Assembly: GCF_008831285.2 (NCBI RefSeq)
Contig: NC_045138.2
Span: 2,108,001-2,172,000, forward strand
Direction of reading: 5' to 3'
Length of the DNA: 64,000 nt
DNA from: Nymphaea colorata
Lineage: Eukaryota
Shown: piece after piece, positions 25,797-39,100 of the stretch
How positions within the stretch are numbered: the first letter of the stretch is position 1
Layout of the letters: the number at the start of each line of letters is the position of its first letter
Notes under the pieces: generated by a model
Told to the model about the DNA's origin: nothing
The model's input: the letters and a program-made list of their open reading frames with translations, nothing else
Database searches by the model: none
Translations under genes and position numbers: made by a program

Positions 25797-26598
25797 GAGT
25801 TCTGCTATTTGAGTCCTTATCCTCGATCTCTCTCTCCCTTGTTGTTCAGTGTTGTGATGTTGGTAATGGTGGTTGTCACAAGTTTTTACAAAGTGATGCA
25901 TCTGAATCCTGATTGTCCATAAATACATACACTCGTCCGTAAGGAAATCTTCTTTTTCCTTTTCTGAATTGAATGGCGCCATGATCTGATGGAGCATCCT
26001 GGAATGGCCATACAGGCTCACCAAGGCATGCAACAGTTCTATGCAATGTTTACTAACCTTTCTATTATTTAAAAAAAATTTGATTACTATTCAAAATGTC
26101 AAATTTTGATTACTATTCGAAATGTTAAATTTCATGTTGAAAACATTTGCATTGATGGATTTTATTTCAGGAAATAATTTGAAATGTTCATGAAGGGAAA
26201 AAAGTGGATTTGTTAACAACAGTTGATGCGGCAACCATTTTGACGATTACATAATGAGCTTGAGAAAATACTAGTTGGATTTACTTTAAATTGGAAAAGG
26301 GCAAGGAGAGGAGACGTATATATAGATTTTAAATCGGAACCCAAGTGGTTGGATTCAATAAAAAAGTACATCCAATCAGAAGTCTCCTCTTCCCAAATCT
26401 GATAGATGTCCAAGTTCCATAGACATGGGAATCCATTACTTACATGTAAAGATTTGTCACCATCATCAAGTTGCTACAAGGTGGGAATCTGACCACTTCT
26501 TTTCAGAAAAAAGCTGAAACACAATGTGTGGATGGGTAGACACTTGATCCGCACCTACAATCCAAGTAAATCCCTCCCTATACCCTCTGCCATTGCAT

Positions 26599-26649
<51 letters not shown>

Positions 26650-27009
26650 GTTGAGAGTACATCTCTCGAAAGATAAAAACAGTTTGAGGATGCAAATGGT
26701 CGTAAATTTCTCCAATCTATTTTAAATGTACTTAAACAAAAAAAAAAAACTTACTCTTGTTCAGAGATTTCCTCCTATAATGCGTGGGCAATCAATAGAC
26801 TTCATTTTCCTACTTTCATAATAAAAGTAAAATGCCTTTAGTGAATGGATCAAGAAACTAAATATTGCATGTAATCAATATTGTTAGTCGGCATTGCTAG
26901 AAACCCCAAGAACCTCTACAAATATTAATAAGAAAGCACCACCCTTGTAGTGCCTGACGGTGTTCTCACACTCTAGTCTGGAGCAGCACAGCCCATGCTG
27001 GCTAGTGTG

Positions 27010-27525
27010 TGTATGTGTGTGAAAAGGTGGAGGAAACTACCATAATTTCTTCTATTGTAGAGGGAGTGGTAGGAGGAGAGACAAACAAACACATTTTTGT
27101 CTTGTCAATCTACCATCTAAAGTGAGCAAACTCCTCACTTATCAGAGCAACCAAAAAGCAGTTTGATAATGTGGTGAACTGAAGCAAATGCTATCAAATT
27201 ACAACAACCACCTACATGGTGGTTGTTTGTAATTTCGTAACATTTGCTTCTCTTGACCACACTTTTGGGCTGGTCTTTTGGTTCTTTTAAGTTGTTCTGC
27301 CATGCAATTAACCATAAGCCAGCTCGCGCCCCCTGAAAGACGAAGGAAAAATTTTCTCTTTAGATGATAGTAGATTGGCAAGACAGGGCCTCTCCCCCTC
27401 TCTCTCCCTATATGGCAGAAGAAATTATGGCCCCTAATTTCCTACATGGTAGATAGATAAGTGAAGATTTTTCTCCTGTTGGACAGTAAAGTAGGCACAA
27501 GACCACTTCCTCTCTTTCTCACACT
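27010..27525. repeat. Inverted repeat (hairpin F), paralog of 56727-57317
   Basis: Centre ttacaacaaccacctacatggtggttgtttgtaa; gtcttgtcaatctaccatc/gatagtagattggcaagac; ccataatttcttct/agaagaaattatgg. Confidence 0.8.
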
Positions 27526-27840
27526 GTATACCTTGGGGCGGAGCCAGAAATTTTTCGTAAGGGGGGCCAAATTAAAGTTTTTAAATTTTAACAACCACTG
27601 AAATATCATTTTTCAAAATTTTTATATAAGACAAGTGAGATATTCTATAATTATTAGATACCAATAATGGCTGGACCCAAGGGGGATGGATGAATACTTC
27701 AGCAAGGCGGACCAAATAGCTTCTTGCTGACCCAATGGGTTCCCTTTGAGAATAAACCAATGTTAGCCAGCATTGCTAGAACTCCAAAGAACCTCTACCA
27801 ATAATAAGAAACAAATAGGCCAAGCAAAATGGTGGAAGGT

Positions 27841-28310
27841 GATGGAGGTAGTTAGAGTGAGCTGCTGCAAAAAAGTGGCAGGACTTCCTCGCTTGTTTCA
27901 TGAGGTGGCACCACCCTTGTAGTGACTGACGGTGTTCTCAGGCTCTAGTCTGGAGTGTTGCAGCCCATGCTGACTAGTGTGCGTATATGTGGAGAGAGGT
28001 AAAGGTCTTCTGGGTATTTACTATCTGGCGGGAGAAAACTCTTCACTTATCCATCTATTGGGTAGGAGAAACTACGGCCCTTAATTGCCTAGCTGGCATA
28101 TAGATAAGTGAAGGCTTTTCTTCTGTTGGATAGTAAAGAGCTACAAGACTTCAGCATCTTCCTCTCTCACTAGATACACGTACCCACCAGCATGGGCTGC
28201 ACTACCTCCAAACTAGAGGGCGATGACACCAACAGAGCAGCGCTGCCTCATGAAACATGCAGTGAAGTCCCACCACCTTTTCACGGCTGCTCACGATGAC
28301 TACCTCCATC
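27841..28310. repeat. Inverted repeat (hairpin E), paralog of 57743-58214
   Basis: gatggaggtagt/actacctccatc; tgtttcatgagg/cctcatgaaaca; gcagcccatgctg/cagcatgggctgc; cttcacttatc/gataagtgaag. Confidence 0.88.
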
Positions 28311-30876
28311 AACTCAATGTTTAGATTTAAAAAAGAAAAAGTTCAAGATTAGACCCTTGAGAAGGGGAAGGATAGGGCACATCATCCGCAAGACTGGCCT
28401 GCCTCTCCCTTTCTTAGAGGCAGTCAAACTATTTCTTGATTTTCTTCACCCCCAGGCAACAAGTTTTCATTATGATAACACATAACATTCGGTTTCTTTA
28501 TTAATTCCCTAAGAGAGTGTCCGACATCGTACTGTTATACTGGCCAATGAAACTGCTTGAAAAGTTGAGGCAAATTGATGGAACCCTGTAACATAGTGCC
28601 TTATAGATTTACCTCAAAATTTTGAGCAGAATTACTGAACAATAACAGTCTATTATGAATGCCAAACAGTCCTGAAAGACAGAACATTGGATATTGACGA
28701 GGTTGATGAACAAAGGAAACAACAAGTATATGCGTTGTAAAATTTTGTAGTATATGAAAATTTGGGAAAGGTTTTCATAAAAAAGAAAAAGGAAAAAAAA
28801 GTGGCTTTTATAGTCATGCAATACAAACCCTAGTGACGTTCTTGATTCATCGAGGATGTGGGAATTGAAGGTAAGTTGATGCCAATATAAGAAAAGTGAA
28901 ACTTATCTTATGTAGAACTACATTGTTCTTGTTTAACTACAAATTGTTTTCTCATTCAATGGTATGAATTTTACTGTAATGAACTCTACAACATATTTTC
29001 TTCAACAATCATATCTATCAAACTTAATTTTAACAAATTCAACTAGAAAATGAGATGAGAATTACAATTCACATATGCGAATTGCCAACAAATCATCCTG
29101 GAAAGAGAACCATTTCCATATGGTGAAAATGATTTCATACTAATTGGGAGCATTCTCTGGAACTTACTTAACATAGCAAAATTATTTTCCATTATACGTT
29201 CCCAAATTATATTGCCTTAGAAGAGTATAGGCTTCCAGTAAATGTCAGTTCACCAACCCCAGTCCTGCTTTTGTTTGAAATGCAAAAGGATGTCAAGAAA
29301 ATCAAAATGAAAAGAAAACAAAATGACATGGTAACCTTCATGAGAGAATGACAATAATGTTTAATAAGACAATAACTCTATCCAATATAGATATATACAA
29401 TTTTCTCATTTCTCTTGATCTTCAACACTATCTATGCAAAGTACACCTGCAAAAGTGTAAGCAGGAAAACAATTCAATCCTCAGAATACAAAATACAGGA
29501 TACTAGAGAGAGAGAGAGGAGGAGAGAGAGAGAGAGAGAGAGGGAGAGATCCATCATTTTGGGTGCAAAAGATTAGAATATTCAGAGAAAAATATGAATA
29601 CCTAGAAAAAAAAGAGATATGAGTAATACTACTATCTGTTAAACTTATACCTAGGCTCTTCTCGTTAAAAAAAAAAAAACACTCAGTAACTTGTAGTCGA
29701 GCATCAATTAACACAAAGGTAGAGAGAAGGGCGTACCGATATGTAAGTTGAAGTATAGCGAAAGTGTTACCCCAATGCATCGAAAGCAGGCTTGTTGCAC
29801 TTAGGAGATGGGGAGAGGGGTGGGAGGCTTTGGCCCTTTTTGTTGGGTGGTAAGATAAAATACTTCTCCTGCTCAGCCAACTTTTACCCATTGCTCTTGC
29901 AGAACTCAGATAATCTCTTTAGATGAAAAATATGGTAAGTGGATTTCTTGCTGTTTGGAGCACTAGATAAGAATGAAAGTACCGCTTAAAATAAACCTAA
30001 ATAGTAGGCAATCCTAGTGCACATGGAAACCCAATCTTTGATATATTATAGTTTGAATCAATGCCCCTACTAAAGTACAAAAACAAAAAAAAATTGAAGT
30101 CAATTTTTTTTTTCTAGAAGAATTCATTTGGATCACGACAATTTAGCTGAAAACAAACATATTTGTAGGTTATATCATGTAGAAAACAAGAAAATACATG
30201 AAGCACCATTCTTTGGGAGGGCCTACTAACAAGCATTGTGCACAGGAACTCCATCCCCTTTGGCAGAGGTTTGGACCCAAGATCGTTAAGTTGAAACAAA
30301 CGAAAGTTCTTCTTTTTTTTCCCCCTTTTCTTTCTATTGTGGGACAGTACACCAATACACTTGATTACTCTGGAGATTCCTTTTTAAGTTTGAAAAGACT
30401 GAACCAGTTTCATGTAATATCAGTTAATTTTCCAAATATACATTTACTTTCGCTAATGTTTTCCATTGTTCACAGATTAATGTCTGGTAACCTTGTCCTC
30501 ATAAAAAACACATTCTAATCACATAAGTATATTTGCCGGACGCTGCTCAACTTATGTTTGAAAAACCAAAAGGTGCTCATATTGAAACTATTTCACCCTA
30601 ATTGTCGCTTCAACTATGGAATATATCAAGCAAAAGTAGGAAATCAAGTAAAAGTTTGAATCCAGCCAGAGAACAATTTAGTTGGCGTACCCAAATCTTT
30701 ACATGTGAGTAATGGATCCCGATGTCTGTGAAATTTGCACCTCTAAAATCGGACTTGGTAAGAAAAAATAATGATCTCATTTACCTTTCTCCATGAAATC
30801 CTGACTAATTGAATAAGAATTTAAAATCCAATGTATATAACTGGATTGCATCTGAGTCACTGACATCCTGCATGCC

Positions 30877-31071
30877 CAAGGGTGGAGCCAAGATAGGGCC
30901 GTCTTGGGCTTGGCCCCACCTCAATGTTTTTTTTGTTTAAATTTATATGTAAATTTCAGAAAATTTCACTTGTTTTATATTAAAAATTTTGAAAAATGAT
31001 ATTTCGGTCCTAATCAAAACTTAGAAACCTTAATTTGGCCCCCTCATTAAAAATTTGTGGCTTCGCCCCTA
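30877..31071. mobile_element. hAT-type MITE (ggggcggagcc family)
   Basis: Termini caagggtggagcc/ggcttcgccccta; near-perfect TSD tgcatgcc/tgcatgca. Confidence 0.75.
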
Positions 31072-31829
31072 TGCATGCATGATCAGGCCACCAAAACTGG
31101 AACATGAAGGTTTCATGGTGAGTACCACGCATATTTGCACTTGTGAATCTATAAAGTGGAAAACATAGTAGTTGATGATATTAAATTATAGAGTACGCAT
31201 TAGGGTTGGCATGCATGTTTTTCGAGCATGCCTGAACAATTTGTAATTGTAGTGAAGTAGTAAGAATCAGAAGTTTCAGAGGATTTTTTCTCCATATCCA
31301 TGTTTTCTTTTATCCTACCTTTACTAATGAGTAATCAAATCAAGGACGGACTCTTTAGCAACAGAGCAGGATAAAAGGTCAATGTAGTATCTTTTTCCTT
31401 TGGAGAAATCCAAAAAAGCCCCATTCCCCTTGTTCCATATCAAATGTTCCAAGCTAACTAAAATATAGAAATCAATATGCAACACTTCTATATCTCCCGA
31501 GGATCATATATTTTTATGAATCCTTGTTGGATCAAATTATAATGAATCCTTGAGAAGAAATTTGTTTAGAAACATAAGGGAGGAATAAGAACCCTTGTGT
31601 TTCCCGAAAAAGGATGGGTAAATACACTAATTTCTATTTAGTTTAGATCCACATTCTTTGCATTCATATTCTAATAACTTGGAATATTGTATTAATATAC
31701 TTATAATTACAATATATAATTATAATAGATATCTTTATAACAAAGAGAAGTATCAATTAAATACACCGAGTCACCGAATCTATGACAGATCTCAACTTAT
31801 CCTCTCTTTTTGTTCTTTTAATAGGCCTA

Positions 31830-32490
31830 TTATTTTTATTTAATTCAAATCTTTTATGTTTTAGAAAAAAAAGATTTGAATCACTTAATTGGCCGACTGT
31901 GTTCAAAAACCCATCTTTGACAATGTTAATTAATTTTGGGACCATGACAAATTTTGTAATTTTGTTAAAAAAAGCAGGCAAAGATATACTTAGAAAGTTG
32001 GGATAAGACCTTATTGTGATCAGTGCCATGGGCGCCTTTACAAGGCAGTGGTACCTGATTCGTGATCTGATCCAATTCATCCTCTATATTAAACTAGGTC
32101 CTGTCAGATAACTGGATCGGACCAATATATTGGATATAGTGCCACACCGACTGGTCCACACAAAAGAAGAAATATTGCTGGCCTGCACTGGACTGGAGCA
32201 TGGACTACTAAGTGCTACTCCAACCCAATGACGACAACCTTTAGTTTGAAATTAATAAAAATTAGGAAAAAAATATAGTAGCAGAAATCATGATAGGTGT
32301 GAACTTAATTGAATATCATTTATTTCCTAAAAAACATAGCTTATACATGGAAGTAAATAAAAGATATAATTTCTCCAAATAAGATAAATAGCAGCACTGA
32401 GGTAGAGAAAACTACAGTGAATTAGAAAGATCTGCTGAGAGAAAAAAATAAGAAGAAGAAGAAGATGGCGAAGAAGGTAAATGACTTTAG
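31830..32490 (+). pseudogene. Duplicated DEFL promoter + truncated exon 1 (MAKKV...), unit 3
   Basis: Same promoter block; ATG 32465; homology to exon 1 lost after ~5 codons. Confidence 0.8.
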
Positions 32491-33400
32491 TATTTTCATG
32501 CAATTGCATGATATACTATGGAAACCACTGGGTATGTATTTTGATGAAAACTTTTCTTTTTATCCGCATAAATTTTCTGTGCTGCAAAAAAAAAAAAAAA
32601 CATCGATATGCAAGTTGAAGCATAGTAGAAGCATTACCTCGAGACACTAAAAGTAGCCCTAGACCCTCGGGGAAGGGAGGAAAGAGGAGAGCTTCAGCCT
32701 TCACTCAACAGTGGAAATAGGCTCCTGCTCACCCGAAAACTTGTACCTTTCTATGTACTACAAAATTTTCCATTGCATATATATGCCATTTCCTTTGCAC
32801 TTCATCATCAATGTCCAATTGGTGCCTTTTGAGAATCTATCAAGACATTAAAAACTGAATGTAATCAATGTCAGTAGGCATCGCTAGAACCCCCAAAAAC
32901 CTCTACCTATAATAAGAAAGAAACAGGCCCACCCGAAAATGTGGAAGGTGATATAGGTAGTCATAGTAGTAAAGCCTGCGCAGATTATGCATGCCGTAAA
33001 AGAAGGGGGATATTTTTGTAATTAAAAAAAAACATGTCTTTGTAGTTATTTCACGTTTTTTTATTTTTATTTTTATCTTACCAAAAACTTATCTTTTTCT
33101 ATGTGAAAGAGAGGTACTTTGGTCATTAATCATATTGGCACACGAAATTTCATGCACTAGCTTGGTGCATATAATCAGCTTTGTAGTAGTAGTGAGCTGC
33201 CAAAAAGTGGTGGTGGGACTTCATAGCTTGTTACATGAGGCGGCGCCACCGTTGTAGTGGCTGACGGTGTTCTTGTGCTCTAGTCTGGAGTAGCGCAGCC
33301 CATGCTGGGTCGTGTTTGTATGTGAAGAGAGAGGCAGAGATCTTCTGGCCATTTACTGTCCAATGGGAGAAAAACTCCACTTATCTATCTAATAAAGAAC

Positions 33401-33920
33401 TGTAATTTCTTCATCATGGAGGGAGAGGGAGGGAGAGTAGCATAGGGATCTCTTTGATGCCAATCTAATAGCTAGAGAGAGAAAATTCTTCCCTTATCTT
33501 GCTTAGACATTTATTAACCATCCAATAAGGAGGGAGGTGGTGGGCATGGGCTGAGATTTGGATAATTACATAGCAGAGCATCTCAAAAGGCCCAAAAGAA
33601 CAGCTTCACAGTGCGATCAATGGAAGCAAATGCTATCCAATTACAACAACCAGCATGCCCGCAGGAGCGATGTGGTGGGCATAGTGGCTGTTGTAATTGC
33701 ATACCATTTGTTTCCACTGTCTGCACTTTCAAGTTGTTCATTTAGTTCTTCTTTGAGTTGCTTGGCTGTGAAATTAACCAAATGTCAGCCCATGCCCACC
33801 GCCTCCCTCCCTGTTGGATGGTTAATAAATGCCGAAGCAGGATAGGGGAAGAATTTTCTCTCTTTAGGTAGAAGATTGGCAAGGCAGAGTCTTCCCCCTC
33901 TATGACAATAAGAAATTATA
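33401..33920. repeat. Inverted repeat (hairpin G)
   Basis: Arms as in 14070-14545; centre ttacaacaacc...atgccc...gggcat...ggctgttgtaa. Confidence 0.9.
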
Positions 33921-34229
33921 GCCCTTAGTTTTCTTCTGGTAATACGTGGGCAATTGATTGCCTTCATTTTCTTACTTTCATAATGAAAGAAAGACGCTTT
34001 TAGTGTTTGTGTTGCATGATCTACTATTAAGACCACTTGGTATGTCTTTTTTTTTATGAAATTTTTTCTCTTTAACAGCTTAAGCAAACTCTTCACTTAT
34101 CCATCTACTGGGTTAGGAAACTACCATACTTTCTTCTCTCATAGAGGGAGAGGGAGGAGGAGAGACAGACCCACAGCTCTTTATCTTGTCAAATATATAG
34201 CAAATTCTTCACTGATCATCCCTCTCCAG

Positions 34230-35080
34230 CTCTCCTCTCCTTGCCCTTCCACGGTTTAAAGTAAACCGAACTAGTATTTTCTCAAGCTCATTATGTGATC
34301 GTCAAATTCATCGCTGCATCAACTGTTGTTAACAAATCCACGTTTTTCCCTTCGTGAACATTTCAAATTATTTCGTGAAATAAAATCAATACATTCAAAT
34401 GTTTTCAACTTTCAGTTTAACATTTCAAATAGTAACCAAAAACTCAAAAAAAAAAATAGAAAGGTTAGAAAACATTGCATAGAAGTATTGCATGCCCTCG
34501 GTGAGCTGGGAACGCTGACAAACTTAGAAGAGATTGGAAGGAGGTGATAGAATAAGCATAAACAGCTTCTCTCCTGTTTGCCTCATTTGCATATTCTTTT
34601 GGGTTTTCTTGTTTTCTAGAATTCACCTCTACCTTATAAGCCTAGACAAATTCATCCTCCCCTTGTTGACAAATTTCTTATAAGGTAGAGGTGAATTCTA
34701 GAAAACAAGAAAGCCCAAAAGAATATGCAGATGAGGCAAACAGGAGAGAAGCTGTTGATGCTTAATCTATCACCTCCTTCGATTCTCTTCTAAATTTTCC
34801 GTTCCCGGGTCACAGAGGGCATGCAATACTTGTATGCAATGTTTACTAACCATCCTATTCTTTTCATGTAAAATTTTTTATTACTATTCAATATGTTAAA
34901 TTTAAAGTTGAAAAAATTACATGGATGGATTTTATTTCAGGGAACAATTTGAAATGCTCACCAAGGGGAAACGTGGATTTGTTAACTACAGTTGATGCAG
35001 CGACGAATTTGACGATTACATAATGAGCTTGAGAAAATACTTGTTCGGTTTACTTTAAATCGAGGGCAAGGAGAGTAGAG
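34230..35080. repeat. Inverted repeat (hairpin H); outer arms shared with hairpin C, different inner cargo; loop 34641-34676
   Basis: tctagaattcacctctaccttataag/cttataaggtagaggtgaattctaga; gtattttctcaagctcattatgt/acataatgagcttgagaaaatac. Confidence 0.93.
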
Positions 35081-36169
35081 GTATATATCGATTTTTATTC
35101 GGAAACCAAGTGGTTGGATTCAATAAAAAATTACATCAGATCAGAAGTTTTCTCTTCCCAAATCTGATAGATATCCAACTTCCATGGACATTGGAATCCA
35201 TTACTTACATGTAAAGATTTGTCACCATCATCCAGTGGCTACAAAGCGGGAATCTGACCGCCTTTTTTCATAATGCTGAAACACAATCTGTGGATGGGTA
35301 GGCAGCTGATCCGCAGCCTACAAAACAAGCAAATTGCTTCGTATAGCTTCTGCCATTGCAAGTGTGTGTGTGCGTATATATATATATATATATATATAGT
35401 ACATCTCTTAATAGATAAAAACATTTTGAGGATGCAAATGGTTGTAAATTTCTCCATTCTATTCATTTCAATGTACTTGAAAACGAAAAAACCTACTCTT
35501 GTTCGGATATTTCTCTGGTAATACGTGGGAAATAGGTTGCCTTCATTTTTCTACTTTCATAATGAAAGAAAAATGCCTTTAATGTTTGTGTTACATGATA
35601 TACTATCAATTTTTTTTCTGTAATAGTGTCAACTCTTTGTGTTGTAAAGTAAAGTCACTAATATACAAGTTGAAGCATAGTATGAGTATCACCTCGAGAT
35701 ACCAGAAAAAGTTGGACCTTGGGGACATGGGAGCAGAAATCAGCCTTCACTAGGGTGATGGGAATAGCTTCTTGCTCTCCCCATGGGTACCTTCTGCAAA
35801 TAGATCAAGAAACTAAATACTGCATGTCCTCAAAATTGTTAGTCGGCATTGCTACCAATATTAATAAGAAAGCAGAACTTCATAGCTTGTTTCAACAGGT
35901 GACACCACCCTTGTAGTGTCTGACGGTGTTCTCACGCTCTAGTCTTGAGCAGCGCAGCCCATGATGACTGGTGTGTGTATATGTGTAGAAAGGTAAAGGT
36001 CTTTTGGCTATTTACTGTCCAGCGGGAACAAACTCTTCACTTATCCATATACTGGGTAGGAAACTACCAAAATTTCTTTGATTATAGAGGGAGAGGGAGG
36101 AGGAGAGACAAACAAACACATCTTTGTCTTGTCAACCTACCATCTAAAGTGAGCAAATTTTTCGCTTAA

Positions 36170-39100
36170 TGACTAGTTTGACCTGTCATCATGTTGCCAG
36201 GCTTGGTCTTAGGCGGTAGCACAAGACTAAGCCTTACAACTGGACCACACCTTGGGCGGGAAAGCATTCTCGTTAGTATTATGAGTGGTAACTTGTGGTA
36301 TGTCGATGAGTATTCAAGAATACGTAGATAAACCTTATCCTCAGTTGCCAAATGGAAAATTTTATGCTCGTACCAAGTCTTTTGGCTAAGGTATATTGGC
36401 ATATCTTATATGGAGCAATTTGATAAATCCCAATTCAATTAGGGTCCTATGCTCATTTTTCAAATATATGCATGACAGAGGTGGCCTTAGAAAGGGCTAG
36501 ATGTTTATCGTTGTGTGATGATTGCATGTGCGTCTTCACAATCTTTTGATCAATTTAATAATTTTAAATTCCGTTTTCTTATTTAAATCAATGTTTCCTT
36601 CGATCATCTCTATATATTCTTCAACATGATCACACCATGAGCTCATGCCTTAACCCTACTCGCAAAATGACATTGATTTTTCAAATACTATAATTCAGCA
36701 AATCCATTTTTTAGAATTACTTGAAGATTTACATTTTATCATACTTTGTCAATCTCTCATCTATTCATTTGTCCAACTTCATATTTTTAAACATGATAGC
36801 CAGTTGTTGGCTCAATTACCATTAATTACCAGCTTTGCTTGACTTATGTCATGCATTCTTTTGCCCTCATTTTAGCCAAATATTTTTCCAAGTTCCAATA
36901 CTGATGGTGGGCCTCTCCTTCTATTTTACTACTTCTATAATTTCATTGGACCATCAATTATTCATTGGCAAGTCTATTTTTTCTAGAGTTGTTTCAAAGT
37001 CTACATTTTTGTCAATCCCATATTTATTTATCCAACCTCATATTCTTGAACATGATGGCCACCTATTGGCCCAATTCCTAACTCACTTGACTCAGGTCAT
37101 GCATTATTTTTCCCTCATTCATATGCAGCCCAATAATTTTCTAGCGTCAATATACATAGTGTGTCTTTCTTTCCATGGGTAATCAATTATGCTTTGACAA
37201 GTCCATCTTTTTGTTGTAAAATTGCTTCAAAATGTACATTTCATCGTACTTTATCAATCACTCATTTATTCATTGATACAACCTCACGTTTTCTAATTCA
37301 ATTACCAACTTTGCTTGACTTAGGTTATACATTCTTTTTCCTCATAATTCTCCATCCTCAGTACTCATAGGGTTTATTTCTTTATATTTTACTACTTCCA
37401 TAATTTGGGACATCGATTGCTCTTTGTCAATCCACCATTTATTCGTTTGGAATCATATTCTCGAACGTGACTTCCCTTGACATTTTTCTGGCGTCAACAC
37501 CCATAGTATATCTTTCTCCCTATTTTATTACTTTCATGATTTCATTGGACTATTATTTATTACAAATTGAATGTCAATATTTGCTTTACTCGATTATACT
37601 CTATTTTCAATCATTAGACATGCATGAATCAAACATCATGTATTGATAGATTGCTCATAATTCTCATTATCTTTCTATATTATCAACTTGATATCTTTCT
37701 ATGAGAATCACTATTTACCGATCATATTTCTACAGTAAATTTCTTTCATACAAGCTTTGTCCCAATTTGTGTCAAAATTCTTCTATATCCAAGCTCAGAC
37801 ACATGATATTACCTTTCATCCTCACATATTAATTTTCATTTGAGGCAATTTCAATTATTTTCTCTGCCTCAATCTCAGTCTGTGATCAACACATGCTGGA
37901 ATCGGGCCATATATTCCTCGTTTCCTCACTAATATTTAGCCCAATAATTTTTCAGCTTCAATACATATGGAATGTTTGTCTTTCTATTTTACTACTTCCA
38001 TGATTTTATTAGGCCATCGTTTATTCCAAGATTTTTGCTATTGCTCCCGTTATATTCCATTTTCAATCGTTGGACATTTGATTTTTGACTTATTCATGTA
38101 CCCATGTTGAATCTGTATCTTCATAAATCGAACCTCATATATTTATACTCTACTTGAGATTTAATCATTTCAAAACTATGTTTCTTTGTTTTGCTGCATT
38201 ATCAACTAGACATCTCGCCATGAGAATAACCATCTACCGACCATATTCTTATAACAAATTTCTTTTCTACCAACTTTGTCTCAATTTCTTCTCCTTAGAG
38301 ACAAAACAGAAATGCTTGCATTCCAAAGCTCATATATATGTCATTACCTTGCACCCTCATTTTCCTATTAAGGGAAAATATATCTTCTTTATATAATTTT
38401 GCTCATACCTTATTTGATTGAGGCAATTTTCATTACTTTCTTCACCTTAGTCTCAATCCAAGACATCAACCATTTATCTTCTACCTAACATTCTGTTATC
38501 AATCAATGCAGTTGCTAATACTGGGGCATTTTATTTTATTTTTATTTCAAGACATTTACAAATTGCTTTTGAAACAAATATTTTTCATTAACAATCACCA
38601 TTGTCCATAGAAAAAGGGATCATATCCCAATCAAATCAACTAGCTGTTAAACTAAAGATTTGATCAACCGCAATCCGGCTGCTAGGCTCGAAGCTTTCTA
38701 AAAGCTAGCTCTACCATGTCACTAGACAAGGGAATTTTATGGAGCAAGTGCAACTTGGCCGTTTGGCTAAGGTCCTTTTCGAAGCAAGCTCAACCCAAAC
38801 GCTAGTTTGGGAAATTTTAATAAGTTCAAAATCCAGCCTTGGGTGAAAACAAAAATTTCACCAAAAGGCACTTGGGTGATAGGAAATTTTCTTGTCACAA
38901 CCAATGAAGAAGCAATAGTGTCTCAGCCATTGCTTCAACAAAGGTGTTCGAGGTGATGAAGGTTATTTCCTGACATTACCACTTGCTATTGAGCAACCCA
39001 TTCAGGAAATGGGTAAAACCTGAAATTATGGACAAAAGAGCAACTCACGCAGGCAAGTGATTAAATCTGCAATGCAAGCCGAAGCAACTCACACAGGTAA

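Larger units (their letters stand above)
22441..26313. repeat. ~3.9-kb inverted repeat (hairpin C) with 27-nt loop (24094-24120), carrying gene fragments
   Basis: Mirror ORFs 23478..23849(+)/24484..24729(-) and 23726..23932(-)/24267..24479(+); outer ctcctctccttgccctt/aagggcaaggagaggag; right arm has extra segments ~24900-25090 and ~25345-25748. Confidence 0.95.

Noticed and set aside
22441..26313. Palindromes as assembly artefacts
   Set aside because: Arms differ by substitutions and indels and recur in paralogous units; long-read confirmation is still advisable
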